A stretch of 64,000 bases of DNA, taken from Raja brachyura (taxonomy: Eukaryota). The notes under the pieces were generated by a model, which was not told the DNA's origin, did no database searches, and saw only the letters and a list, made by a program, of their open reading frames with translations. This document shows, in pieces, positions 37,561-51,700 of this stretch. The translations under genes and the position numbers were made by a program. Within the stretch, counting starts at the first letter, position 1. Each line of letters starts with the position of its first letter. The stretch covers positions 12,772,001 through 12,836,000 of the forward strand of contig OY740812.1 of the NCBI GenBank assembly GCA_963514005.1. The letters are read 5' to 3'.

Positions 37561-39086
37561 TGTCAGTAACAGGGATTGAATGAACTACTGTCATCACAGA
37601 GTATGTTCTCACATGTTTCCACCAACATCACTGTACACTCTCCCTCTTCACAACATCCTGCCGATTATCTACCTTACTCCTTCTTCACAGCCCACCAGAC
37701 AAATCTCATCACCCATCCTACTTATTACTTTAGCACCTTTCCCTCAACATATTGGCATTGGGTTTGAGACCTACTATCCCACCCTATGTTCCTTATGTAA
37801 CAATCAGCGGGCTTTCTCATTTATGTGCACTCCTTAAAGATGCAACACTGCTGGGAGCTTTGAATATTTAGCAGGCAAATGGTAACACCACCCCCCCCCC
37901 ACTCCTCTCCCCTAAAACCAGTAAAGAAGTAAGCATTAGAGCTGTGGATACAAGGAACTGCAATGTTGGTTTACAATGCAAAGTGGAGTTAGTCATGGGT
38001 CAGGTAGCATGTCTGAAGAACATTGATAGGTAATGTTTTGGGTTAGGACCCTTCTTCAGAAACATTAGAGCTTGTGGGAAGGCTTGGGGGAAGGCGATAA
38101 TAACCTTGATGCAAAAACACCAAGTCTTTCTTAAAGCATAACTGTTGGGAAATGAGGCCACAAGTTATAAGGGGAACACAGCATTTAATGTTGAACACAA
38201 CTCACACTGTAGCCAAGGTAGTGTGAAGGAAAAGGAACACAAAATGGAGTGAAAAGGTTTCCGTCAGTTGACAAAGGTATGGAAATTCTGCACTTCGGAG
38301 ATTACTAATTAATCTACATTTCTCATATTAGAGAACCAAGGGAAAAGCAAGAATGAGAAACTGAAGGAGGTCAGTACTGGTCAAAAATTGCACCAGGGAA
38401 GTTGGTGAGATTGAAAGATGATATATTTTAGGATTGACATAAGGAGAAGTTTCCCCACCCAGAGGAAGGTGATTCTTTAAAATTCTTTACCTAAGAAGCT
38501 GTGCAGACTCGATCATGGACCATTCAAAACAGAGAACAAAAAACATTCTGGATATTGAAGGAATCAAAGGATATGAGGATCGGACAGGAAAATGGAGGTT
38601 CCCATCTTTTCACCGTAGATGACAACCCAGAAGGGAAAAAGACGTCTGTTTTGATCTCGCCTGTGGATGTTAACCCAGCTGTTGATGAGAACCATGTTGG
38701 CTCTAGAAACATCAGGACACAAGACATTTGTAGGGTTGGTCAACAAGCTCAATAGAGGCATCCCAGCCCAAGCGCCATTGTTCAAGATCATAGCAAACTC
38801 AACCAACCAGTAATATAATGAAGTATAATGGGCAACAGCAGTAATCAGTATCCAGTCACAAATTTGAGTGGAATGACTGACCACATGTTGAATACAGGTT
38901 TAGAGGCAATATTGCAGAATGGTGTGGTTTGTGGAATCTACTATTTGTGTGTGAGAAGAAACTGAATTTCATGCAGCCATTATAGTAATGCCTAAGGAAA
39001 AGAATAAGCAGGCAAGCAAGCACAGGATACACCACATCATGTAGCAACAGAAGGGTGTGTTCGCAAGCTGAGGCCAGGTTATACAC

Positions 39087-39357
39087 GTTTTTTGTTTTTT
39101 TTGATGAAAAAACTTATTCAATTATTAAAAAATAATATATACAGTACAATAAAACAAGCCAGAACCCACCACCATAATATAATACAAACATATATCCATA
39201 ATGAACTATTATACAGCTATGATACAATCCTTATTGAGGATGCATTTAACACCCTGGGGTGCCCAGAGGTCGCGGAACTTCCTCAGGGTGCCCGTGAACA
39301 GGGCGTATTCCCTCTCTAACCACACCCGGGCACGGACGTATCCCCGAAAAAGGGGCA
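39087..39357 (-). mobile_element. Tx1/L1-clade LINE 3' end with A-rich tail
   Basis: Minus strand reads LPLFRGYVRARVWLEREY..FRDLWAP..*, followed by an AT-rich UTR and poly(A). Flanked by aggtt(a/g)tacac at 39076 and 39358. Confidence 0.65.
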
Positions 39358-39694
39358 AGGTTGTACACTCTTGGCAGGAAAGGGAAGAAGTGCCTGAGGG
39401 GACGGGATTATCATTGTGGGGGCAGTGATATCAGGCTGTAGAGTGCAAACTGTTCACCATAAATGCCTGCCTGTCGGGATGACATCATGATCATATTGAC
39501 AGCCTTTGGGACAGCCATCATGATCACCTCCAATGTCTACAGAGGTGTGGCAGCTCCATTCTGCATATTAAGTGATGGAAATTTCACATCTGCAGCATAT
39601 TTTTTACAGTTCCGGGTCCATTATCATAGTCATTTGTCAGTTGTCCTGAATCCATATGCCCACAGCTTTTGCAAACTGCTACACTATTTTCAGG

Positions 39695-39895
39695 GTTACA
39701 CAAAAAGCTGGAGAAACTCAGCGGGTGCAGCAGCATCTAAGGAGTGAAGGAGATAGGCGACGTTTCGGGTCGAGACCCTTCTTCGACCCGAAACGTCGCC
39801 TATCTCCTTCACTCCTTAGATGCTGCTGCACCCGCTGAGTTTCTCCAGCTTTTTGTGTAACCCTCGATTCTCCAGCATCTGCAGTTCCTTCTTTA
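39695..39895. mobile_element. Short Penelope pseudo-LTR insertion forming a perfect inverted repeat, with 14-bp target site duplication
   Basis: Arms 39692-39773 and 39783-39864 are exact reverse complements; acactattttcagg occurs at 39681-39694 and 39896-39909. Confidence 0.9.
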
Positions 39896-41839
39896 ACACT
39901 ATTTTCAGGCTTGGGTTCAGGCACTGATTTCTCCTAGGGGATGGGTTCCTTGTGGTGAAGCCGGTGCTGTTGCTGAGGGGAGATCGTACTGTATTCCAAT
40001 TATTTTTGTCTCCTGCTGTTTCTGGTCAGGGTTACTAATAACCCCATTCCCCAAAATCTTCACCCACTCAAGGGTTCTCAAGTACTTTCAAAGTGTGGTT
40101 GCTGTTGCAGTATCAGAATGCATCAGCCAGTTTGCCTTGAGCTGCAACATGAAAGAGAACAGATAATCTTTAACTACAAGTAATTATACAGATCAAGGTA
40201 GGGGGCATTCTAGGAGGAGAGGAACCACCTGATTGATGAATTCCGGTTCCAGCCATACCTCTCCAATGGACGAGGGAGGAAGGGAAGGAGAGTGAGGTTC
40301 ACCTCGTTCATGCTGCCGTACATGCAAGAACTGAATTCCCCAGCAACACTTGGCTTTACCCCATGGATAATAATCCAGCCTGAACCATCACCAGTGAAGA
40401 TCCATTGCACAAAGCAATTATTAAAACATGGAAACAAACTGATCAAATAAGTTACGTAAAAGTAGCTGCGTGTGCAACAGGTTAGAGCTTGAAGTCATAA
40501 GGCACGGTAATTGGGGAGGAAAAGGTGAACTGAAACTGGGTCAAAACACATCTGTGGCTGAGGTTTCCTTTAGCACTTCAGCTCAACCTTCAATTTCTTG
40601 ACAAAGAGTCTCCATCCTAAAACATTAACTTTCTCTTTCTACAATTAGTGCCCGACGTGCTCACTTTTTTCAGCATTTTCAGTTTTTATTTCAGATTTCC
40701 AGTATCTGTGGATTCTTTTGGATTGGCTTGTTAGATGGCCTTCAGTACCCCATTGCACTAACACAGGAGAAATGCAGAAAATGATACTTCCTCACCCACG
40801 GCCCAGAAAAGGTCACCAGAGGGAAGTGGTTGTGTGCTTTGTCTATATGAACATATTTTTCAATTGATTCATTTCAAATGCATGGGTATTTCTGGCAAGG
40901 TAGCATTTATTTGTCCTTCTCGAACTACCTCAGGGGCACCAAAAATTGCTTTGATCCAAAGTCACTAACAGGTCAGATTAAATAAGGATCACAGAATTCC
41001 TTTATTTGCCGGAAGGCCTGAGTAAACCAAGTGGGATTTTAAAACATTCCTGACTTTTTGTAGTCCGAATGCAGCCAAATGAAATTAATGCTGATGGGTT
41101 AAAAGGTTCATGGTGGGCCAAAGGCTCCATTTCAATGCTGTACATTCAAGGTTCTACATTCTTTGCTGATACCAGCTCTTTATTCCATATTTGACTACAT
41201 GAAATTTGAATTTCCTATGCTGCCTTGGTAAATTTAAGCCACCTCTCCAGATCACTGGTTATGAATCCAGTAACTTAGCAATTAAAAGCAAAAGAGAAAC
41301 CCCACAGGACTGGAGGTAGACTGGGAACAGATCTGCAACTGGTTGGTTGTGAGGAGAAGCTCAGATGAATGAAGTTCTCACTGACTGGAGAAACATACCA
41401 AGTACTACTTGGCAACAGTTTCAGTTGGGTCCTTAGCTCTTCATCATACCTAGTAATAATTTGGATGTGGAAGTGGGGAAGTCTTCATACCAATTAACAG
41501 GTAACATTCAGTTACCAGACTTGGTTAGTAGTTTAGATGTGAGACAGATTTACAAAGGAGTATAAACTAAGGGACAGGCTGAGAGAGTAAAATGTAGACA
41601 CAGGAGGGCACAAACCATAGCCCATCTCCAACATTCATTTAGATCCTGTACCCAACTCCACCTTTCCAAGATCGCTTCATATCCTTTGCTTCCTGACAGG
41701 CTTCTCTATTGGATTCATATGATAGTTGTTGTATTTGATGTTGTTGTATTTGATTCTCAGCATTAGAATTTCTTTCCTCAAGGGATTGGTGTATTCATAC
41801 ACCATGTTGAACAGGATACTGGGAAGAATTATAGAGTCA

Positions 41840-42160
41840 CGATCTATGCCGGACAGAAACAGCCTCTTCAGCCCACTGAGTCTATGTTGATCATCAACCA
41901 CCCATTTACACCAATCCTACATTATTCCCTTTATATTCTCCCCACACTCTCACTCTCCCCAAGATTCTACCCCTCACCTACACACCAGAGGCATATTGCA
42001 TGGCAATTTAACCTACAAGCTTGCATGCCTTTGAGACGTGGAAGGAAGCCAGAGCAACCAGTGGATGGTCACACAACACACAAACTCCACACAGACAGCA
42101 TCAGAGGTTAGGAAGGATCTGTGAGGCAGCAGTTCAAGTAACTGCACAGCCGTACCGTCT
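41840..42160 (-). mobile_element. Diverged HE1-type V-SINE
   Basis: caaactccacacagacagc..gtgaggcagc 5' region on the reverse strand. Confidence 0.6.
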
Positions 42161-44609
42161 CCTCAAGGAGCAAACTTCTCGTGAATAAAGTGTGAGGGGG
42201 CAGTTGGCACTAGAGTTTTCCACGCAATGGTGATGGTTTCCGATCTTGCTCACAGAATACCCGTCTCAAGGCCATCAACTCTAGGCAGGGCACCAGCAAG
42301 TGAGAGGAACTGGAACCAGTGTATCCGGAACAGTTAGGCTGCTGGCCCGAGGAATGGAGTTAATACAGATAAATGCGAAGAGTTGCATTTTAGAAAAATA
42401 AAATTAGGGTAGGACCCTGGAGAGTGTTGTAAAACAGAGGGACCTAGGGGTGTAAGTACATTGTTCCACGAATGTGGTGAAGAAGACATTTGACAGGCTT
42501 TCCTTCATTGGTCAGTGTATTGAGTACAGGAGCTGGGACATCATGTTATAGCTGTATGAGACATTGGTAAGGCCACATTTTGAATACTGTGTACAGATCT
42601 GCTCACCCTGCTGTAGGAATAATGTCATTAAACTGGAAAGAGTGCAAAAAGAGATCCACAAAGATGTTACTGAATCTGAAGGATTGTGTTATATGGACAG
42701 GTTGGGTCTTCTTTCGCTGGAGAATGGGAGGGTAACCTTATAGAGATCTATAATATCATCAGGAACATAGATTACGTGAACAGCTACAGTTGGAATTGAT
42801 CATTGCCTGCCGTTGCTGTGGCACGTGTTACAAGACATTTATCATCTCCAGCAGATGGTTTGGAGAATTTATTTGTGTGGGAATAGTTGCCAAGGAAACA
42901 GCGGTTTACAATCTGGAATTGAAATAGGCCACAGATCCTCAGTTTTATAAACATCGTCAGGATCTTGCCATAAACAATGAATGCCATCACATTGCAGCAA
43001 TGTCTTTGTTAAAGTCTATCCAGACTTGTTAAGGAACATAATGTAGTTTAAACGTTTAGGACGTATAGCTGCAGAGGGAGGAGGCCTCGGCCTCCTCTGG
43101 CATTCACAAAAATTGTCTCTGTGGCTCAACTTCACTCTCTTGCCCTTCCTACACATTGCATGCTACCCGTACATACTAATCTCGGCCTGAAACCTTCAAT
43201 TCATGCCCAGCATTACAGCCTTTTGGGGGAGAGACTTCCAAATAACTGTTATCCTCTGATTGAAGGGGTGCTTCCCAATCTCACTCGGAAATTGTTTAAA
43301 AGGAGTACACAAGTTTAAACAAGCATTCACTAAATGTTTAATTGTAGATAGGTAAGTAGGAGGTAATTTAATAGAAAAGTTTTTTTTTAAGTTTATACTT
43401 TGTTAGTTGCATTAATGCAACAAGTGGAAGCAATGTAACGCGTCTCAGCCTGTGGAATGTGCATCATGTGCTAAGTTTGGACTCCAATGTCATGAACAAA
43501 CAGGAGCAGGAATTGTTGTGAGTTGAGGGTGAATACTTTGGGCATCTAGGACCCTTTGACTGAGTAAGGCAGCAGAGGGTCCTGGTAAAACTGAACGCAC
43601 AGGACAATGAGGGGAAACACTCCAGTGGTTGGAGTCATAGGTCACACAAAGGAAGATGGTAGAAACAAGGAACTGCATTTACTAGTTTACAGAAAAAAAA
43701 CACAAAGTGCTGGAGTAACTCCTGGAGGGCTAGGTTAGGCAGCATCTCTGGAGAGCATGTATAGAAGAGAGCTTTGGATCGGGACTGTTCTTCAGACTCC
43801 ACCAGGAAGGTGGCTATGGTTGTTGGAGGACAGTCATCTCAGCCTCAGCATATCAAAGTAGTGGTTCCTCAGGGCATTATCAGGAGTCAAGATAGTTTAC
43901 TTTGTCACTGGCAATGAAACAATGAAATTCTTATTTGTTTCAGCTTTACATTAATGCAATATCGCTCAAATAGATATACAATAATCAATAATACAATAAA
44001 TTAATAACTAGGGCCCAACCAGCTTTAGCTGCATCATCAATAACATTCCTTCCACCATAAGGTCAGAAGGAGAGTGTTCACTGGTGATTGAACTTATGAA
44101 TCTAGGGAGATGGATCACGATGGGAATTTGGGTTTCACTCTGTTGTGGTTGTGAGAGGTCACAGCACGGTGATGTTTATTGCTCATTCCTAACTGCTGCT
44201 GGGCAGATTGAGAAGCCATTTCCTGACTCATTGCAGGGCTTGTGTTGAAGGAACTTGGACAATGTTGTTATGGGCTCAGCTTCAACAAGGGGAGAAGTAA
44301 GCTTGCAGGAAATATGTTTCCTAATAAGGATGCTTTGGGGTTTGAGTTTAATTTGTATTAGATACAGTAACTAAGCAACGGCTGGCCTTATCTTTTTGGT
44401 GGTGCATGTCAAAGCTTCTGCTTGTGATGAACAGGAAGCATTGGTGAATTATTACTATTCCAATGGTACTTTGTGCATAATGAGGGCATTATGGCAATGC
44501 TCGATTACAGTGGGTCTGCTCATGGGGTGGCAATGCCGTGGGGCTGCTTTGTGCATCGTTCTTTGGCGTGCAGATCAGCCACACCCTAATCTGGTCCCTT
44601 CACACTGAT

Positions 44610-45230
44610 GTTGTGATCGAGGAAGCATATCAGTATATTTAATCTAAGATAATTCAGCATGTCCTCAAAGATTCTGTTGAACTTCTGCAAATGTGCTTTG
44701 GAAAGTATTCTGACAGGGTGCATCTTCGCCTGGTATGGCAACCGCTCTGTTCTTAATCACTTGAAATTGCAGAGAGTGGTGAACAATGCCCAGAACCACT
44801 GTCTATCTTCACAGTGCATTGCATCAGGAAGGCTGGAGGTATTGTCAAGGATGCCTGCCATCCTGGCAATTCCACTTTCTCTCTTCGATCCTCTGAGAGA
44901 AGATGCAGGAGCTCGAAAGCCCAGACATCCAGACTTAAGGACGACTTCTTTCCCATGGCTATCAGACTCCTGAATCGATCATTTCTTTCATACCCACTTC
45001 ATGGAAGTGCTGCCACAGACTCTTACTCTTAACTCTACCTCATTTGGTTATTCTGATAATGTACTTCAATATTTTCTTGCACTACAATCTTTGTCCAATT
45101 CTGCTGTTTTGCACTTGTCATTATATTTATTGTTGTATTTATCGTTACTGTAAATTTACTGTTGACATTTGGAGTACCAAAGAATTTCATAGCACTGGTG
45201 TATATGACAATAAAGTAATCTGAATCTGAA
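44610..45230 (+). mobile_element. Rex1/Babar-like LINE 3' end
   Basis: ESILTGCIFAWYGN..LQRVV motif (ORF 44659-44973) and caataaagt(aatctg)n tail. Confidence 0.75.
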
Positions 45231-47589
45231 AAGGTAAAGGTTTCCTGATGTGTGATATTGGCCATCAAGGTGTTTTTTGAGTCACCACCTATTGCAGCTT
45301 TCCTGGTCTTCCATCCCTTCTTCCACCTTGCAGTTACGTAGCCTCCAACAGTCTAGTCCAGTGCCTGAGGAGGCATGGGTGGAAATCGCGGGTGGGATGG
45401 GTGGGACACATCCCTCCCATGCTTTGAGATGTGGGGGACAATCCCCCCCTCCCCCTCACATGTTTTGTAATCCGGATTTTGAAATTTGGTGAAAATAAAA
45501 TCTATTAAATTCTCCACTTTCTGCAAGACAGTGGGGGTGTTACTGTTAAGCGCTTGTTAAATGTCTCTATTAACATCGTATTAACACGATGTGTCACCAA
45601 TTGTGTTTTAACCTTCAAATATTACTGAAGGTATTCACAGAGAATTTCTTAAAGCTGTCTGGTGTGGGTACAATTTCACATTTCTCTCTGGAATGTGAGC
45701 AGTCCAGGCAATAGGATCACAACTTGAGCAGTGCAGAGTCACTGGCAAATGCTTAGTGGTCCTGCTGTAGATCTGACTCCAGCATAATCAAATAGCCTGT
45801 GCTGGAGTGAGTTACCTCAGAGAGATGAGGTAACGTTCTCTGCGATCTGGTAGTGATGGCTGCCATACAACAGGGACATCGGACTTGGAATAAACACATC
45901 ACGTGAGCTTCCCACCAATGTGGCACTGACAGACCAAATGGGTTCTTAATGACTCCACATTATCTGCAAGGTCAGAGGGCACTGGGTTAACATGTGAAAC
46001 CTTGAGTTCATTAAAGATGCAGATGATCACTCCCCATGGAAAGCCCACAGCTTGAGTAATCTCTGCAAGATGCCCTGTTTTTCCCACTCCTCAAGGCCAG
46101 AGCTCACAGCAAATTGTGGCACTTGGTGAATTTTATCCACCACTGCCAGGAATAATTTGGAGTCCAAGAGATTCGGGGGAGTCGTGACTTGTAACTTCAT
46201 AGGCAGTGCAGTGCAGATTGGTTGCATAAGAACATATAGAACAGGAATGGGAGTAAGCCTTTCTAGCAGCTTGGTTGTTCATTTGGACCACGGCTGATCT
46301 AGCACAGTACACCTTTCCTCTATTATTCCCATATCTCTTGATTCCCTCAATGTCCAGGAATCTAGTGATCCCTACAGATAGCTCTGACATAACACAATAA
46401 TTGTGTTTCTAAAAACCTGTGATAGAAAATCTAGTTATAAATACAATGGTATCATGGGGAAAGGGGGTTCTGGACTGGAGAGTTTCAGACTCTCAATACC
46501 AATTTTTTTCTCTTCAAGGATTTTCGAAAATAAATATATTTTTATTTAGCTACAAATTATTTTTGTTACTGCAAGCTAAAAATACCAAAGGCTCTATGTT
46601 ACATTGTTTGACAGAGTTTCATTGCACAAGTGTCAATGGAAGCAATTATTATCAATTTCAATGGCCACTGGCAGTGAATTATGTTCTTACAAGACAATTC
46701 ACTGCCAGCGTTCTGATTACTGTTGGGAGGTTGCATGTAAACAGTTTCCTTTCCTTCGATTGTTTTTTTTTCCAAAGCAGCTTTTTGTCTGCTTGCCAAT
46801 TTCCAAAGTTACTTTTAAGTGGTTCTCCAGTTCCTTCTTCTTCTTCTTGCAAATGAAATATAAACCAAAGGAATAGTTAGATCTCAAGCTGGGTGTTGAG
46901 CAGCCAGGTTGTTGTCTCTGCGTCAATGTTCCTGATACAGGTTGTGTAATAATTAATTTGGCTTGCGTAATACAGATAGTTTTCCTCACTTCATCTATCA
47001 CATTGTATCCAATTTACATTATGCAAACACCCATTATAGCAGACCTGCCTGTGTTTTGATTGAACTTCCCCAGCCACCAGGGTTAGAGAATTCCAAAGAT
47101 TCATCATCTACTGCATGAGAAATTCTACACTTCTTGCTCCTAAGTGACCAAACTGATATTTTGCTTGGTGCTAGCCAGGAGAAACATTCTCCCCTGCCCA
47201 AGTTGCCTCTTGGCCATCCACTCTTCAGCCATGGGAAACATCCTCCCTGCATCCCCTTTGCAGAGGCTGAAGCTCTGGCTTCAAAGGGAATAATTATTGG
47301 TCATATTGGCCAGATGAAATGCCCTTTAGACAATTGAGCTAGAAACCTGTTGAAAGCCCATATTTTTTGTTCTTTAACATTGTCTGTAAGGGTGGCCCTG
47401 CCCTTGGCTTCTCTCTGGCTGCAAGTACAATGGGATTAGAACTACAACACCCACAATAAAACAAGAAGGAATGGTGTATATATGTGGGACCTGTAGATTC
47501 ACATGGTCAGCTGCAGCCCCAAAGTTCACTGCACCAGACTCCAACAGACTCTGTGCCATTGACTCCCCAACATATCTGCTGGCTGAGTG

Positions 47590-47915
47590 GTGTAGTTGGT
47601 AGTGTCCCTGCCTCACAGCTCCATCTGCCAAGGTTCAATACTGACCTCTGGGGCTGTGTGTGTGGAGTTTGCATACCTCCATGTGATAGTATGGTGGTCC
47701 CTTGGGTGCTCTAGCTTCTTGCCACATCACAAAGATATGCAGGTTGGGATGTTAATTAGCCACTGTAAGTTCTGTCTTGTGTGTGGGGGAGTGGTAGGAT
47801 CTGGGGAGAGTTGATGGGAACATGGGGAGAATAAAATTGGATGATTGTAAATGGATGCTTGATAGTCAGCATGAACTCAATGGGCAGAAAGTCCTGTTTG
47901 GTGTTGTAAGACTGT
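47590..47915 (+). mobile_element. Diverged HE1-type V-SINE
   Basis: gcctcacagctcca..ggttcaatactgacc (B-box), gtggagtttgca, cacatcacaaaga. Confidence 0.65.
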
Positions 47916-48599
47916 AACTCCAATTGTTGATCTCTTAAAATCATGCAGTGACTGGGCTGACTTGTTATTCGTAACTTACATGAGCCTCACTGTGATAAGC
48001 ACTTGCACGTGAATCCACTTTGCAGGTGAGGAATCATTTGTGCATTGATCAATACCGCGCTTACTTGAGTGATGAAGCATGAGGCTTGCCAAATGCAGCT
48101 ATTCATGTTTCACAAGCTATTTCCATTGTGCATCAACCCTGTACAACAAAAACATGTATTACTTGATTGAACAATATTTTCTTTGTGTCAGTTTGTTGTT
48201 TCCCAAAATATATCAAACTCATGGGATCATCAGTGGCTTGGCATATGTCAAATACACTTTCTTTAGCTTTCTATTCATATTACCTCGTTATTTGATATTA
48301 TACGTGGGACTTCTGAACCTCAATGCTACAAATTAGTCTTTAATTGAACAGTTTTTCAAACACATCTGTGCAGATTTAATTTTTCACAGTTTTACATTTT
48401 CAGCTTTCCTTTATAAAAAATCGGTTTCACTTGAATTCAAAGCCACCATTTCAAAGTGAGTTAGACTGTTATAGTATCATACAGCACAGATGTTTGGCCC
48501 ACCAGGTCTATGTGGAAATCTATAGTACAATCCCGATGATAAGCTATTTCTCAGCTCCACCCATGTAGCCTTGCTGAACACTCTCAGTAATGTCATCTT

Positions 48600-50030
48600 G
48601 GTTATCCGCCAATCTTACCCATTGATCAGTATTATTATTCGATGAAGGTTACCTGCCCCACTATCAAGAACACCAGCAATCTTCATAACATCAGCAGCAT
48701 TCCAACATCCACATCCAGATTGTTAATGAATATCATAAACGGGAACGAGTGCAGCACTGGTCCCTGTGGTACTTCACTGATCACAGGCTTCCAGTCACAA
48801 AAACAAACCTTGACAATCACCCTCTGAATGCCATTGCCAAAGCAATTCTGGTGCAGTTTGCCAAAATTCTTAATTCCCATGGGCTCTAACCATGTCAAAG
48901 GTCCACATGGATAACATCATCGACTTACATTAAATTAAATTAGTCATACACGATCTCCCATTAACAAAGCCATGCTGATCATTCTTGATTAATCTGCCTT
49001 TCCAAGTGCAAATTAATCCTATCCTCGAAAATGTTTTACAATCATTTCCATACAACATATGTTAGATTCACCAGTCTATAATTACCAGCCTTATCCCTGC
49101 TGCTCTTCTTGAATACAGTTTCCACATTTCCTGTCATCCAGTCATCTGGCATTTCATCTGTAGCCAAAGAGGACTTAAATATCCCTTCATGACTTCGATG
49201 ATCTCCTCCCTCCCCACCACCCCCCTCTCACACCCACCCCCAGACCAAGTTGGGAGCAATCATATCAAATCCCTGGGGATTTATTCTTCTTGAGACCGCA
49301 AAGATATCTACTTCTGGAATTCTCCTATCCCCCTCCCAGAACGCTTTAACTAGAAAATACTTATCCTTGGTAAATATGGATGAGAGGTATCCATCCAAGA
49401 TCTCATGTATACCCTCAGGTTCCATGCACGGATTGCCCTTTTGGTCCCCTAAGGGCCCTACTCTTTCCCCGGTTACCCTCTTGCTCTTAAACGCTTGGTA
49501 ATTTTCTTTAATTTTGCCCATCAGTGCTATTTTATACATCCTCTTTGCCCTCCTAATTATATTTGTAAGAACCCTGTGCACTTTCGTACTCGGTTTTCAC
49601 TTCTCCATACCAGCCATAAGCTACATGTTTCCTTTTAGGCAATCCTCATTATCTGCAAGGTTCCAGATGTCCAATTTACCTTTCACTCTCATGGAAACAC
49701 ATTGGCTCATTTCTCAATCTCACAATTTCATTTTTAAATAAATCCCACTGGTCTGTTGTAGATTTAATTGCAAATACCTGCTGTCAGGCCGGTTTTATAC
49801 CATTGGAATCAGCATCTCCAATTCGGGACCTTAGTTTTTGGTAATCTTTTTCCTTTGGAAAATGTACATGAATCTTGATTATTTTATGCTTATTGCAAGA
49901 TGTTCCCTTACAGTCAGATTATTAATAAATTCTGGCTCATTACTCATTACTAAATCTAGTATGATCTGCTCCCTTGACAGTTCAATTTCAGAAAATTGTC
50001 CCCGATACACTAGAAATGTATTGTCCTTAT
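48600..50030 (-). mobile_element. Degenerate CR1 LINE
   Basis: WKPVISEVPQGPVL..F.IFINNLD (ORF 48683-48898) and IRRAKR.Y..KIKEN (49228-49581). Confidence 0.8.
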
Positions 50031-50684
50031 GACTTGAACCAAGTTACCTCGTCGTTCACTCCTGATTTACTTCATGCCCTCTGCAATTCCTTTGCTTTCT
50101 TTTCTTTCAGATTTCTCTCCTTTTCCTATTGGTGTTGAATGCACACCAAGATCAAATTGAAAACATCCTGGCCTTTTCCATCCAGGCATTCTTCGCATCA
50201 AAGCCTAAATTAGCCTTGACATGGTGATCACTGAGAGCCTGTAAAATGGCCGGAGACATACCTAACACAAAGTAATATTGTTGAGGTTGCCGGCATCTTA
50301 TCTTCTCAGCCTTGGGCAGCAGTACAGGAATTCCTATGGGCAATCCTCCAGAAACTGCTGAAGGATTTTCAACCTGAGACCTCTTTCCACAGAGCCTACT
50401 TGACTGGCTGAGGTCTTCCAGCATTTCTCTGTTCGGTTCAGATTCCAATATCTGTGGTTTTATTTGTTTACCTCCGGAACTAAAGTCTGTGAACTACTTT
50501 ATCACTGACTCTTTATAAGATGTTTACCAAAGACAGAAAACTGTTCAGTTCCATTCCCAACTCCTCAAAAAACCAAAGCAGATCATGTTTGCAACCTGAT
50601 AACACTCAGGGTTGGATTGATAAACACAAAGTAACATTTGTGTCAAGTGACATTCAATGGTCACCTCCAGCAAATCGGCGGCAC

Positions 50685-51700
50685 ATTGGCACAACAGGTA
50701 CAACAGCAACCTCCCAGTTTTGGTGATGCAATTTTGACCCTGACCTCAAGTTGCTGTTGATGTAGCACTTGCATGTTCTCCCTGTGACCATGTGGGTTTC
50801 CCTCAGCTGTGGTTTCCTCCCACATCCCAAAGACATGAGGTTTGGTAGGTAACTTAGTTGCTGTTGGTTATATGTAAATGAGTGGTAGAATCTACGGTGG
50901 GGGGTGGTGGCAGTTGTTGATGGCGATGTGGGGAAAATTACTGTAAGTGGGTGTTTGATGCTCAGCATGCACTTTGTGCACTCGGCAGGCAATGGGCCTG
51001 TTTCCATGCTGTACAACTCTATGTACAGAGAGTTTAACCACCTTCTTTTGGCATCCAACAGCATTACTATTATTGATACCATCAGGATTATTTAGTTTAG
51101 TTTAAAGATACAGCATGGAAACTGTCCCTTCGGACCAACAATCACACATACACTAGTTATGTTACACTACACAAACTCTAGAGGCAATTTACAGAATTCA
51201 ATTAACCTACAGACCTGCATGTCTTTAGAATGTGGAATGAGACCAGAGCACCCGGAGAAAACCCTCATGGTCGCAGGGAAAATGTACAAACTCCATACAG
51301 ACAGCTCCCGTAGTCAAGTTTGAACCCGGGTCTCTGGTGGACCAGACTGAACCGGGTTTTCAACCAGATCAGACACAAGGAAATGGAGAAGGAGCTCTTT
51401 GTGAGTGTACGAAATATCAGAGGAAGTGTCTCAACGCGAAACGTTGAGCATCAATTTCCCTCTACAGGCCTGTTGAGTTCCCCGAGCAGTTTGTTATTTG
51501 CTACAATTTGGCACGGCTGCCTCACGGCTCCGGTGACGCAGGTTCGATCCTGACCTCAGGATCCTGCACATTCTCCCTGTGAACGCGTGACTTTCCAGCA
51601 GATGGTCCACTTTCACATCCCAAAGTCATGCTAGTATGTTTGTTAGCACCAGTTGCAGGTGGGTGGAAAACCTGGTGTGTGAGGGAGAATGGGTTGCAGT
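50685..51700. mobile_element. Cluster of three HE1-type V-SINE copies (about 50685-51025 +, 51090-51340 -, 51510-51700 +)
   Basis: Repeated ttctccctgtgacc..ggtttcctcccacatcccaaagac domain; B-box ggttcgatcc at 51541. Confidence 0.7.

Noticed and set aside
45850-46200. Possible Gypsy pol remnant (FPTP...LVNF-like)
   Set aside because: Similarity too fragmentary to support a call.
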